A DNA stretch of 64,000 bases from contig OZ250165.1 in the NCBI GenBank assembly GCA_965238005.1, forward strand, positions 4,640,001-4,704,000, in the 5' to 3' direction. Shown one piece after another: positions 19,308 to 28,155 of this stretch. Every line of letters starts with the position of its first letter. Positions within the stretch are counted from its first letter, which is position 1. The position numbers were made by a program, and so were the translations under genes. Below the pieces are notes generated by a model. It saw nothing but the letters and a program-made list of their open reading frames with translations. It was not told the DNA's origin and searched no databases. The DNA comes from Longimicrobiales bacterium. Its GTDB lineage: Bacteria > Gemmatimonadota > Gemmatimonadetes > Longimicrobiales > Gaopeijiaceae.

Positions 19308-21533
19308 TTAGGTCTCGCCCGAGAAGACGTCGAACACAGCCTGGTCGGCGTCGAGGAGCCGGACGATGTCGTTCGGGCTCACTTGATCTCTCTCCTGAGA
19401 GGGCGTGGCCGGTCCGTCTGATCCGCCGGGGCCCGCCGGGGCGTGCGGCCCGGGGCGTGCGGCCCGCAGCGCGCGTTCTATTGCTCCGCCGACTTGGGCA
19501 ACGATGCTGATTGGGCGGACCACCGTCATGGGCTCCCGGCCCGGAAGCTCGATCTCCACCGTGAGCGTGTAGTCGCCCGGCTCCAGGTCAGGCAGGTTCA
19601 GCTCCACCGCCCGGAAGACGGTCCCCAGCACGTCGGGCCCCGCCTCTTCCCAGGTCATGACCACGGGCTTGTCGGGCTCCAGCAGGCGCAGGAACTACCC
19701 CAGCCGCCTGCCGATGCTCGTGCGACCGCGGTTCACCCCGATTCGGACGCTGGCCGACTCGCCCACGCGGAGACCGTAGAGCTCCCAAGCCACCTTGAAG
19801 GCGTCACCCGCCTCGATCCGGACAGCGGGAAGGGCCGTGGGAAGAGCCTCGTCCAAGGACGTGGGGATCTCTCCGCCTCCCCGCAGGATGAGCAGGTCGG
19901 AGATGGCCGCGAGACCGGGGACGATGGGATCCTGCCAGAGGCCGTGCCGATCCCTCCAGGCCTTCTTCTCGTCGGGGCTGAACGCTTCCAGGCCGACGAT
20001 GTAGTGCCCGTTGGGCGCCTGGAGCTGGAAGGCGCCCTTCGGCCCCTCGCCCAGGACCTCAAGCCGCTTGCCGTCTTCGGAGTCGATGAGGAAGAGCCCC
20101 GATCGGATACGCTCTTCCGACACCTCGGCGATGAACGGTATAGGCACCTCACGCACGTCACCAAAGGGATTGGTGTGTCTCTGCTTGTCGGACCGGCTCT
20201 CGTTGCGCGCCGCCCTCAGGTCCACACCGTCGGGCATTCGCAGCGCGGGTGGCGGCGGGGCCGTGGGGTCCTTCTTCTCCTCCAGCTTCGGGGCGAAGGC
20301 CCCTGCCACCAGGAGCGAGTCGCCCCGCCGGAAACGCGCCACCTGGGTCTCGAGGACATCGAGCTCCGGAGCGTAGGGCGCCGTGTATCCGGTACGCGGC
20401 CCGGATCTGATGATGCCATCGCGAAGGATGGCGTTGAGATCGGCGGAATCCCCGAACAGGTCGTTGGCCTGGGTTGCCTGCTGCAGCAAGCTGCCGCTGT
20501 TGAGCGGATCAACGAGCGGGCCCTTCTCCCTGAGCTCGAGGCGCACCCGGTCTCCGAGGGTCCACTCACCCGGGGCCATCTGCGACGGATCCTCCAGCGC
20601 CTCGACCGGGGGCAGAAACTCCTGCCCACGACGGTGGCTCACCATGCGCCGCGAGTCCACCAGCGAGTCCCCGGTCGGCAGGTCACGCTCTCGGGACCAG
20701 GCCTCGGGCGCTCCCCAGCGAAGGGTGATCTCCTCCAGGTCGTCCTCCCAATCCAGACCCGTGCCGTTGATGGCCTCCGCCCCAATCCGCATGAGGACCT
20801 GCCGTGCGTACTGCTCCGTCTTGCGGTCGTTGCCCTCCACAAGGTAGAGAGGGTCGGAGAGCATCCACAGCCGCGCCTCCACCCTCTCTTTGTCGGCCGC
20901 CTTCTTGTAGATCTTCCAGGCCGAATCCTCCAGGAGGTGCTCGGGGGCTCTCCAGCGGGCGGCCGTATCGGGTGGCATCTCCTCAAGCGCCTTGGCGAAA
21001 ATCTCGTCCGCTAGGGTCCAAAGTCCCCTGGTGTGGTGGACGTAGGCCGCCAGCGCCGTGCACCACCAGTGGGTTCGTCCGCCGCATCTCCGGGCCAGAT
21101 TGGCGGCGCTCGTCCAAGCACCCATGTCGGTCAGGTAATAGACCCGCTGGCCGAGGATCCAGGGGTCCCCCGGAATCTTCCGTGCTATGTCACCGAGATC
21201 TTTGAGCACTCGAGTCCGGGCCAGCTCGAGCTCCACGGGCTCCTCGGGTGCTCGCCAGTCGTCGACGTCGGCGTAGTCCGGGAAGCGAAAGCAGAAGCGC
21301 CCAACGACGTCGTCGCACCGACGGCTGAGGTCGGCCAGGTCGGGGGGCGTGCGCTGCTCCCGATAGCGCTCGTAGCGCGCCTGGATGTCCTTGGCCTCCT
21401 CCACAAGCTCGAGGGAGTCGGCAATGCCGGGCGCCGCATACTGTTCCGACAGAGCTCGGGTGGGGAGGACGAGCGCACCCATCAGCATGAGCGCAGAAGC
21501 CGGCGGGGTGAAGCGTATCACGACGAGTCTCAC
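19308..21533 (-). pseudogene. GWxTD-like exported protein interrupted by an in-frame TAG at 19695-19697
   Basis: ORF 19695..21533 continues in the same frame after TAG (RRLG*FLRLLEPDKPVVMTWEE...LEPGDYTLTVEIELPG). DPLYLVEGNDRKTEQYAR...LRWGAP resembles the GWxTD core. Confidence 0.7.
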
Positions 21534-21687
21534 TGGAGGCGACGGGTATTTAGCGTATGGACGCCCGCGGGCGTCTCCTTGTTAAAGTCGCGGACGGCCT
21601 CAACGGGTCCCGCGCCCGAGGTGTCATCCTTAGAAACAAGCACAAGCCAAAGCAAGAGTGGACTGGCCCCACGCCGGAGGAACCCAC

Positions 21688-22056
21688 ATGAAGCAGCACG
21701 TAACATTGGCAGCGTTCGCGGCAGCCGCTCTTCTCGTCGCAACCGCTCCAGCAGCCGCACAAGACGTCTCGGGGATGTGGGAGGTGTCCTGGGAGTCGCC
21801 CAGGGGCGCCCGAACCTTCGTCGTCACCCTCGCCCAGGACGGCACTGAGCTGACCGGCACTGCTCAGATGGAAAGGGGCCAGGGGACCTTGAGCAACGGA
21901 ATGATCCAGGGGAACGACATCAGCTTCACGCTGTCCATGGGGGGCGGTCGGTTCAGCTTGACGTTCGAGGGTGAGGTCGACGGCGACACCATGGCCGGCA
22001 CCCTGACCACGCCTCGCGGCGAGAGTCCCTGGACCGGGAAGAAGAAAGAGGGCTAA
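21688..22056 (+). CDS. Small exported beta-barrel-like protein
   Basis: GGAGG RBS; signal peptide ending AAA-Q; DVSGMWEV...LTG...FEGEVDGDTMAG pattern. Confidence 0.8.
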   Translation: MKQHVTLAAFAAAALLVATAPAAAQDVSGMWEVSWESPRGARTFVVTLAQDGTELTGTAQMERGQGTLSNGMIQGNDISFTLSMGGGRFSLTFEGEVDGDTMAGTLTTPRGESPWTGKKKEG

Positions 22057-22427
22057 GGCACGAGGCCCACGACCGGGCCGGCCTCGAACGCCTCGTGCGT
22101 TACTGCGCCCGGCCCCCTTTCGCCTTGGAGCACCTCCACCTCGTTGGCGACCAGACCGACCAGGTCCTCTACATCCTCCCCTGTTCGAGTTCGACCAGAG
22201 CCGCGACGGGTAGGCTCCCACCCCTTCCTCCACCCCGAAGGGCCTGCCGGAGGCATGCCCTCTCGACACTTCCAACCCTTGGTTCTCCACAAAAACAGCC
22301 AAAGACAGCCAAAAACAGCCCCACCACCTCGTCCCTACCCCTTTGAGGACCGGGCCTGTCAAGAGCTTGCACTCCGGCGCAACCGTGTGCTGGTGCCCGG
22401 CCCTCGGCTCAGTAGGTAGATTAAGGA

Positions 22428-23141
22428 ATGGCAATCCGGTATGGAATCGTGGGCGATGGACGCGTAGCACGGCACATGACGCACTACTTCGATCTCCTCG
22501 ACCTGCCTCATGTGAATTGGTCGCGCCGGTCGGCGGGGAACGCCCCACCAAGCGCCGCTCTTGCCGAGAGTGATGCCGTTCTCCTACTCGTCAGCGACGC
22601 CGCGATCGAACAGTTCATCACTTCGAACGATGGGTTACGGGAAAAAACGCTCATCCACTTTTCGGGAAGCCTCGTCACGTCTTCGGCCACGGGGATGCAT
22701 CCCCTCACAACGTTCGGCGCAGACCTCTACGATCGAGTGACATACGAATCCATACCTTTTGTTTGCGAAGAGGGCGAGCCCCGCTTTGAAGACGTGTTTC
22801 CAGAGTTGCCAAACCCCCGTTACACTCTCGCCGCGGGTCTCAGGCCGTTGTATCACAGCCTTGCCGTAATGGCCGGCAATTTTACCATGATATTGTGGAA
22901 CAAGCTGTTTCACACGTTTGAAGAGCAATTGCAGCTGCCACCCAGCGTCGCTCTTCCCTATCTCCGTCAGGTCGCAGCCAACCTCGAAAAAGTTGACACC
23001 GCTTTGACGGGGCCCATCACGCGGGGCGATCGGGATACGATTCGAGCCAACCTCGCCGCCCTGTCCGGCGATCCATACCATGACGTATACGCCGCTTTCG
23101 TAAAGGCCGTTGCCCCGGAACTGCTCGAGGGTCGCTCATGA
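22428..23141 (+). CDS. panG: Rossmann-like/DUF2520 oxidoreductase, PanG-type ketopantoate reductase candidate
   Basis: GIVGDGRVA, VSDAAI, HFSGS, HPLTTF, ALTGPITRGD; first gene of the pan operon. Confidence 0.7.
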   Translation: MAIRYGIVGDGRVARHMTHYFDLLDLPHVNWSRRSAGNAPPSAALAESDAVLLLVSDAAIEQFITSNDGLREKTLIHFSGSLVTSSATGMHPLTTFGADLYDRVTYESIPFVCEEGEPRFEDVFPELPNPRYTLAAGLRPLYHSLAVMAGNFTMILWNKLFHTFEEQLQLPPSVALPYLRQVAANLEKVDTALTGPITRGDRDTIRANLAALSGDPYHDVYAAFVKAVAPELLEGRS

Positions 23142-23926
23142 ATGCCTTGGACTTTCGCCGTAAGAAAGCTGACGGAGAAAAAATCTCGATGACCACATGC
23201 TACGACTACTGGTCGGCGCGAATCCTTCGAGAGACGTCCATCGACGCCATCTTGGTGGGAGACAGCGCGGCCATGGTCATGCACGGCCGGCCGTCAACAC
23301 TGCCGGCCACGACGGACCTCATGGTATTGCACACCGAAGCGGTTGCCCGAGGTGCACCCGAGAAATTCCTCATCGCGGACATGCCCTTTCTCTCGTTTCA
23401 CAAAGGGCTCAAGCCGGCGATGGACACCGTCGAAGCGTTGATCCACGCCGGTGCCAACGCGGTCAAGCTGGAGGGAATCGACGGAATCGAGGATGTCGTT
23501 GAGCGCGTCGTACTCGCCGGTGTGCCGGTCATGGGACACCTGGGCCTCACCCCACAAGCCGTGAACCGTCTCGGTGGATTCAAGGTGCAAGGTGGTAGCA
23601 AGGAGTCGGCAGCTCAACTCGTCGATCAATCTAAGAGAGTCGCCGATGCCGGATGCTTTAGCATAGTGTTGGAATGCGTTCCCGTCGACACCGCGAGGCA
23701 GATTACGGCGGCTGTGGCGGTTCCCACTATCGGTATCGGTGCGGGCCTGCATTGCGATGGGCAAGTGTTGGTGTTACACGATCTCGCTGGATTCAACCGT
23801 GATTTTCACCCAAAGTTCGTGAAGGCCTTCGAGGACGGCTTCGACCTCGTGCAACGCGCAGTCAATGCGTTCGATCGAGAAACAAAGGAACGGTCCTTCC
23901 CAACCGACGCCCAGAGCTACAGTTGA
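23138..23926 (+). CDS. panB: 3-methyl-2-oxobutanoate hydroxymethyltransferase
   Basis: ILVGDSAAMV, ADMPFLS, AVKLEG, GHLGLTPQ, IGIGAG..CDGQVLVLHD. Confidence 0.97.
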   Translation: MNALDFRRKKADGEKISMTTCYDYWSARILRETSIDAILVGDSAAMVMHGRPSTLPATTDLMVLHTEAVARGAPEKFLIADMPFLSFHKGLKPAMDTVEALIHAGANAVKLEGIDGIEDVVERVVLAGVPVMGHLGLTPQAVNRLGGFKVQGGSKESAAQLVDQSKRVADAGCFSIVLECVPVDTARQITAAVAVPTIGIGAGLHCDGQVLVLHDLAGFNRDFHPKFVKAFEDGFDLVQRAVNAFDRETKERSFPTDAQSYS

Positions 23927-24687
23927 TGCGAACGGTTGGCTCGGTGGCCGATTGGAAACCCGTGCGCGCCGAGATCGAGAACTCGGGCAACACGCTGGGC
24001 TTCGTCCCGACGATGGGTGCACTTCACACCGGCCATACCTCGTTGGTCGAGCGCAGCCTCGAGGAAAACACCAAGACCGTCGTCAGCGTATTCGTCAACC
24101 CTACACAATTCAACGATCCAACCGACCTCGAGAACTATCCACGCACCCTGGATGTCGACACCCAAACGCTCGAAGAGCTCGGCGTCGACTATCTGTTTCT
24201 CCCGGACCGGAGCACGGTCTATCCTGATGACTACCGTTACAAACTGTCCGAGACCGATTTGAGCACGCGACTCTGCGGAGCGCATCGACCCGGCCATTTC
24301 GACGGGGTACTGACGGTCGTCATGCGTTTGTTCAACATCATTCGCCCATACCGAGCATATTTTGGCGAAAAAGACTACCAGCAGTATCGCCTCATCCAAG
24401 ACATGGCGGCTGCTTTTTCCATGGAGGTGCAGATCCGTTCATGTCCCATCGTGCGGGATGCCGACGGCGTGGCGCTGAGTTCGCGTAACGCACTTCTGTC
24501 GGCCCACGGCCGAAAGCTGGCGTCCGAGTTCGCTTCCGTCTTGAAGAATGGAGATTCGTCGTTGGGGGTTCGGAGCAGCCTCGAGGACCGTGGTATTCAG
24601 GTCGACTACGTGGAAGACTGGTCGGGCAGACGGCTGGCGGCCGTCTTCATTGAAGGCGTGCGCCTGATCGACAACGTGAAGGCGTGA
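23923..24687 (+). CDS. panC: Pantoate--beta-alanine ligase (short form)
   Basis: GFVPTMGALHTGH, SVFVNPTQF, RPGHFDGV, FGEKDYQQ, ALSSRN, RLIDN. Confidence 0.97.
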   Translation: MMRTVGSVADWKPVRAEIENSGNTLGFVPTMGALHTGHTSLVERSLEENTKTVVSVFVNPTQFNDPTDLENYPRTLDVDTQTLEELGVDYLFLPDRSTVYPDDYRYKLSETDLSTRLCGAHRPGHFDGVLTVVMRLFNIIRPYRAYFGEKDYQQYRLIQDMAAAFSMEVQIRSCPIVRDADGVALSSRNALLSAHGRKLASEFASVLKNGDSSLGVRSSLEDRGIQVDYVEDWSGRRLAAVFIEGVRLIDNVKA

Positions 24688-24953
24688 CACTCATTCGGCG
24701 GAGTTCATCGAGCTCGCCGCGGACCGTTCCATCGATCACGACTCGCGCATCCTCCTTGTGACCTGCTAGAGATATTGCACCAATCAATACCGCTCTTGGA
24801 CACGCAACCTTCGTACGTATACTCACGATATAAAGATACGTATTCCTCTCCGAAGAGGAACTCGGAGTCAGGCGGTCCAGGACCCTTGCATATGTAGTTC
24901 GGTACCGTATATTTCGTTGTCGTAGTAACTCGCTCTCAGAAAGGGCCTCGCCC

Positions 24954-25400
24954 TTGGCCAAGCCGCTCCGATTCGTCTCGCCGATTCACAAGGGGACCAG
25001 GCAGATCGCCGAGTTCATGCTGGAGGAATCCCGAGTCCTCGGAGTGGAGCCGGTGGAAGGACACCTGCTCTCGTATACGACGCTCTACGGGCCATGTCCC
25101 GTGTCCGAGTTGACACGCGTGTTCGGACACAAGCCGTCGACCCTTACCGGGATGCTCGATCGGCTGGAGGAGAAGGGGCTCGTTGTCAGGGAGCCGAACG
25201 AGAAGGACCGCAGGTCATTCTTGATCCGGGTAACTGAGGAGGGGAGCACCATCGCGATCCACCTACGCGGCATCCTCGAGAATCTCGAAGCGAGCATAGC
25301 GGAGAGAGTGGAGGATAGGGATCTCGACGGATTCGATGCCGTGATGCGGGCGATGAGCGACGTCACGCAAGTCGAACTCAGAGGGAGGGAGGAAGGATGA
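24954..25400 (+). CDS. MarR family transcriptional regulator
   Basis: STLTGMLDRLEEKGLVVREPNEKDRRSFLIRVTEEG. Confidence 0.9.
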   Translation: MAKPLRFVSPIHKGTRQIAEFMLEESRVLGVEPVEGHLLSYTTLYGPCPVSELTRVFGHKPSTLTGMLDRLEEKGLVVREPNEKDRRSFLIRVTEEGSTIAIHLRGILENLEASIAERVEDRDLDGFDAVMRAMSDVTQVELRGREEG

Positions 25401-25906
25401 ACACCAAAGACCTACTCAAGACCCAGTACGCTCTGCTCTACCGGGTCGTCGGCGCGAATGTTACCGGCTTGAGCCAGGAGGACTCGATCAAGCAACCTGA
25501 GCCCGGTGGCAACTGCTCGAACTGGATGCTGGGCCACCTGATCGGAAGCCATAATCGCGCCCTCGAGCTCCTGGGAGAGGAGCCGGTCTGGGCGGACGAG
25601 TCCCTGGCGAGGGCCAGAGAAGAGCCCATCACGGGTGCCGACGACGCCATCGATTGGGACACCATGCGGGACCGCTTCCTGGGCTCACAGGATCGTTGCC
25701 TGGCCGCCATCGAGCGCCTTACCGACGAGGAGCTCGACGAGGGGGGCTTCAGCGACTCCTTCGGCCAGGAGTGCAGCCGAGGTGAATATCTGAACCTGCT
25801 CGTGTTCCACGGCAACTACCACGCTGGGCAGCTGGGCCTTTCACGGCGACTGGCCGGGCATCCCGGGGTGATCGGGTCCCCGAAGGCCCAAGCCCAAGGA
25901 GCGTAG
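25397..25906 (+). CDS. DinB family protein
   Basis: NCSNWMLGHL and FHGNYHAGQL metal-binding His motifs. Confidence 0.88.
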   Translation: MNTKDLLKTQYALLYRVVGANVTGLSQEDSIKQPEPGGNCSNWMLGHLIGSHNRALELLGEEPVWADESLARAREEPITGADDAIDWDTMRDRFLGSQDRCLAAIERLTDEELDEGGFSDSFGQECSRGEYLNLLVFHGNYHAGQLGLSRRLAGHPGVIGSPKAQAQGA

Positions 25907-25976
25907 CCGAGGCGGCGCTAGCCGTTTCGGGCGGGCAAGGAGCTGCCCCGCCGGGTGCCGTACCCGGCGGGGCTGT

Positions 25977-26820
25977 TTACATCGTCGAATCAGGACCGTT
26001 CGCGCGCGAGTTCGCGTCGAAGAGCTCCTCCATGCGCCTTCGTGTGCCCTCGTCGGGCAGGCGCCCAACCCCGGCTCCCATGTTGTCCACCAGATGCTCC
26101 GGGTCCGAGGTCCCCGGAATCACGACCGTCACGGCAGGGTGGGCGAGGATGTACTTCAGGAAGAACTGCCCCCAGCTCCGGCAGTCGAACTCGGCGGCCC
26201 ATTCGGGCAGCGGCTCGTCTCGCACGGCGCGGAACAGCCGGCCAGCGTTGTAGGGCTCATTGATCATGACGGCGAAGCCGCGGTCCTGCGCCAGGGGAAG
26301 CAGCCGATCGGCCGCCTCACGCTCGCCCAGTGAGTAGTTGACCGGGGTCCAAGGCTCCCTGAGCATCACCCGCTCCATGTCCCCGAACTGACGCAGACGG
26401 GATATCGTCACGCCCACGTAGCGTGTGCGGCCCTCGTCCTTCGCCTGCCGGATCGTCGGTAGATGGATCTCCACGCCACGGAGGTTGTGCACCTGATTCA
26501 GGTCGATGGCGTCGCGGCCCCACAGCCGCATCGAGGACTCCTGCTGTCGAACTCCCGATTCGCGTCCGCCACCGGTGGAGATCTTGGTGGCGAAAAAGAG
26601 CTCGTTCTCGATCCCCAACTCCTGAGCCAAGGCCCCCGCCACACTCTCCGAGCGACCATATGTAGGGGCCGTGTCGAAGACCGATCCGCCCGCCTCCCTG
26701 AAGAACCGGAGAACTTCCTTCAGGCCGCCGCGTTCCGCCGAAGAGGCCCTCCTGCTGAAGGTCCGTGCGCTCCCGAGGCCCACGGCCGGGATCGCCTCAC
26801 CTGAGGCCTGGTCCTCGGAC
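25977..26820 (-). pseudogene. Aldo/keto reductase, 5'-truncated and degraded
   Basis: SGEAIPAVGLGS, DTAPTYG.SE, ATKI, DLNQVHNL, FFLKYILAHPAV, HLVDNMGA. No native start is visible, and the usual LDFVQVNYS reads PWTPVNYS. Confidence 0.7.
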
Positions 26821-26877
26821 AATCGCCCACCAAGATTGTTCCGATACCGATCAGCGCCCGACTCGAACGGAGGCGAG

Positions 26878-27387
26878 ATGCCCGTCTCGTACGAAAACTC
26901 CAAGATCATCTTCGAAGGCATCAAGGACGCCGGCATCAAGTCGATATCGGCCCTCCCGGAGACCTGGCTGGGCCTCCTCTTGCAGCGAGCCGAGGACGAC
27001 CCGGATGTCGAGCTCATCCAGGTGGCCAAGGAGGAGGAGGCCATCGGCATCGCAGGCGGCGCCTACTTCGCCGGAGAGCCCCATGTGCTTCTCATGCAAA
27101 ACCACGGCTTCTTGGCAGCCATCAACGGGGTGGTGTCTCTCGCGCAGCTCTACGGCATCCCTCTCTGCATGCTCATCGCCCTGCGGGGCCACTGGGGCGA
27201 GCCCTATCCCTGGCACACACGGGGCGGAATCATCACCGAAGAGGTGCTGCGGGCGTTGAGCATCCCGTTCGAGTACGCTCGGGACCCCACCAAGGTCGGC
27301 AAACAGATCCACGAGGCGTACACGTTCTCTCAGAGCTCCCTCTCGCCCGTCGCGCTGCTCCTTACGCGTGACCTGATGGAGGATTAG
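26878..27387 (+). CDS. TPP-dependent decarboxylase alpha subunit (sulfopyruvate decarboxylase ComD-like)
   Basis: GGAGG RBS before ATG 26878; KEEEAIGIAGGAYFAG, LMQNHG...IN, RGHWGE. Confidence 0.85.
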   Translation: MPVSYENSKIIFEGIKDAGIKSISALPETWLGLLLQRAEDDPDVELIQVAKEEEAIGIAGGAYFAGEPHVLLMQNHGFLAAINGVVSLAQLYGIPLCMLIALRGHWGEPYPWHTRGGIITEEVLRALSIPFEYARDPTKVGKQIHEAYTFSQSSLSPVALLLTRDLMED

Positions 27388-27566
27388 TGTCCCGTTACCA
27401 AAATGTCTCGGCCAGTCGAGGGCGTGGTGCATCCGTGGGCTCGACGTTGGAGCTCCTTGCGACCACGCTTCGCGCCGTGCCCGCTAAGGCTACGCCGCGT
27501 CGTCCCACCTTGATCCCACAGCGCCCCGACCCTCTTGGTGGCTCGCGAACTTCGGAAACGGAACAC
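27387..27566. mobile_element. 180-bp MITE with imperfect terminal inverted repeats and TA target duplication (IS630/Tc1-mariner-like)
   Basis: Left end TA|GTGTCCCGTTACCAAA; reverse complement of the right end TA|GTGTTCCGTTTCCGAA. Removing it leaves GAT-TAG-GCCG-ATG, coupling the alpha and beta subunit genes. Confidence 0.75.
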
Positions 27567-27573
27567 TAGGCCG

Positions 27574-28155
27574 ATGGAGCGCGCACAGTGCATCGAGGTC
27601 ATCTACCCCGAGCTCGAAGACAAGCTGGTCGTCACCATCATGGGCGCTTGCGCCCAGGAGCTCTACAACCTGGGCCACCGGGAGAACTTCTTCTACCTGC
27701 AGCACGCCATGGGCCTGGCGTCGTCCATCGGCCTGGGGCTCGCCATGCACCTGCCTGAGGAGTGTGTGGTCGTGATGGACGGAGATGGCTCGGTTCTCAT
27801 GAACCTGGGGACGCTCACGACCCTGGCCCGCTACCGCCCGAAGAACCTCATCCACATCATCTTCGACAACGGTAGCTTGCTCTCGACGGGCGGCTTCGAC
27901 TCCCAGACCACATCGGGCATCACAGACCTGGCTCAGATCGCCAAGGGGGCGGGAGTCGAGTACGTGGCCACGGCCGAGACGCCGCTCCAGTTCGGGGAGG
28001 CGGTCTTGGAAGCCTTCGAGCGGGACGAACTGAGCGTCATCGTGGCGAAGGTGCTGGCGGTGGGACCCGACGAATACGGGATGGACCTGGAGCTGCCCGA
28101 GAACGCCTTCCGCTTCAGGCGCCACATACGGGAAAGGAAGCAGGCAGCCGGCTAA
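27574..28155 (+). CDS. TPP-dependent decarboxylase beta subunit (ComE-like)
   Basis: MGLASSIGLGLA; DGDGSVLMNLG...FDNG TPP-binding motif; STGG. Confidence 0.88.
   Translation: MERAQCIEVIYPELEDKLVVTIMGACAQELYNLGHRENFFYLQHAMGLASSIGLGLAMHLPEECVVVMDGDGSVLMNLGTLTTLARYRPKNLIHIIFDNGSLLSTGGFDSQTTSGITDLAQIAKGAGVEYVATAETPLQFGEAVLEAFERDELSVIVAKVLAVGPDEYGMDLELPENAFRFRRHIRERKQAAG

Noticed and set aside
19695..19697. Alternative genetic code (TAG reassignment)
   Set aside because: Many intact genes in the window end with TAG at the expected positions.
24690..24950. panD remnant or small RNA after panC
   Set aside because: No PanD-like translation or clear structure; it looks like an AT-rich island boundary plus the marR promoter.
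25977..27050. 357-aa AKR and 238-aa ComD as called by the ORF track
   Set aside because: Their N-terminal extensions are antisense read-through into each other; homology begins near 26820 (minus) and 26878 (plus).
26878..28155. Coenzyme M or phosphonate biosynthesis
   Set aside because: No comA/B/C, cysteate synthase or PEP mutase gene in the window.
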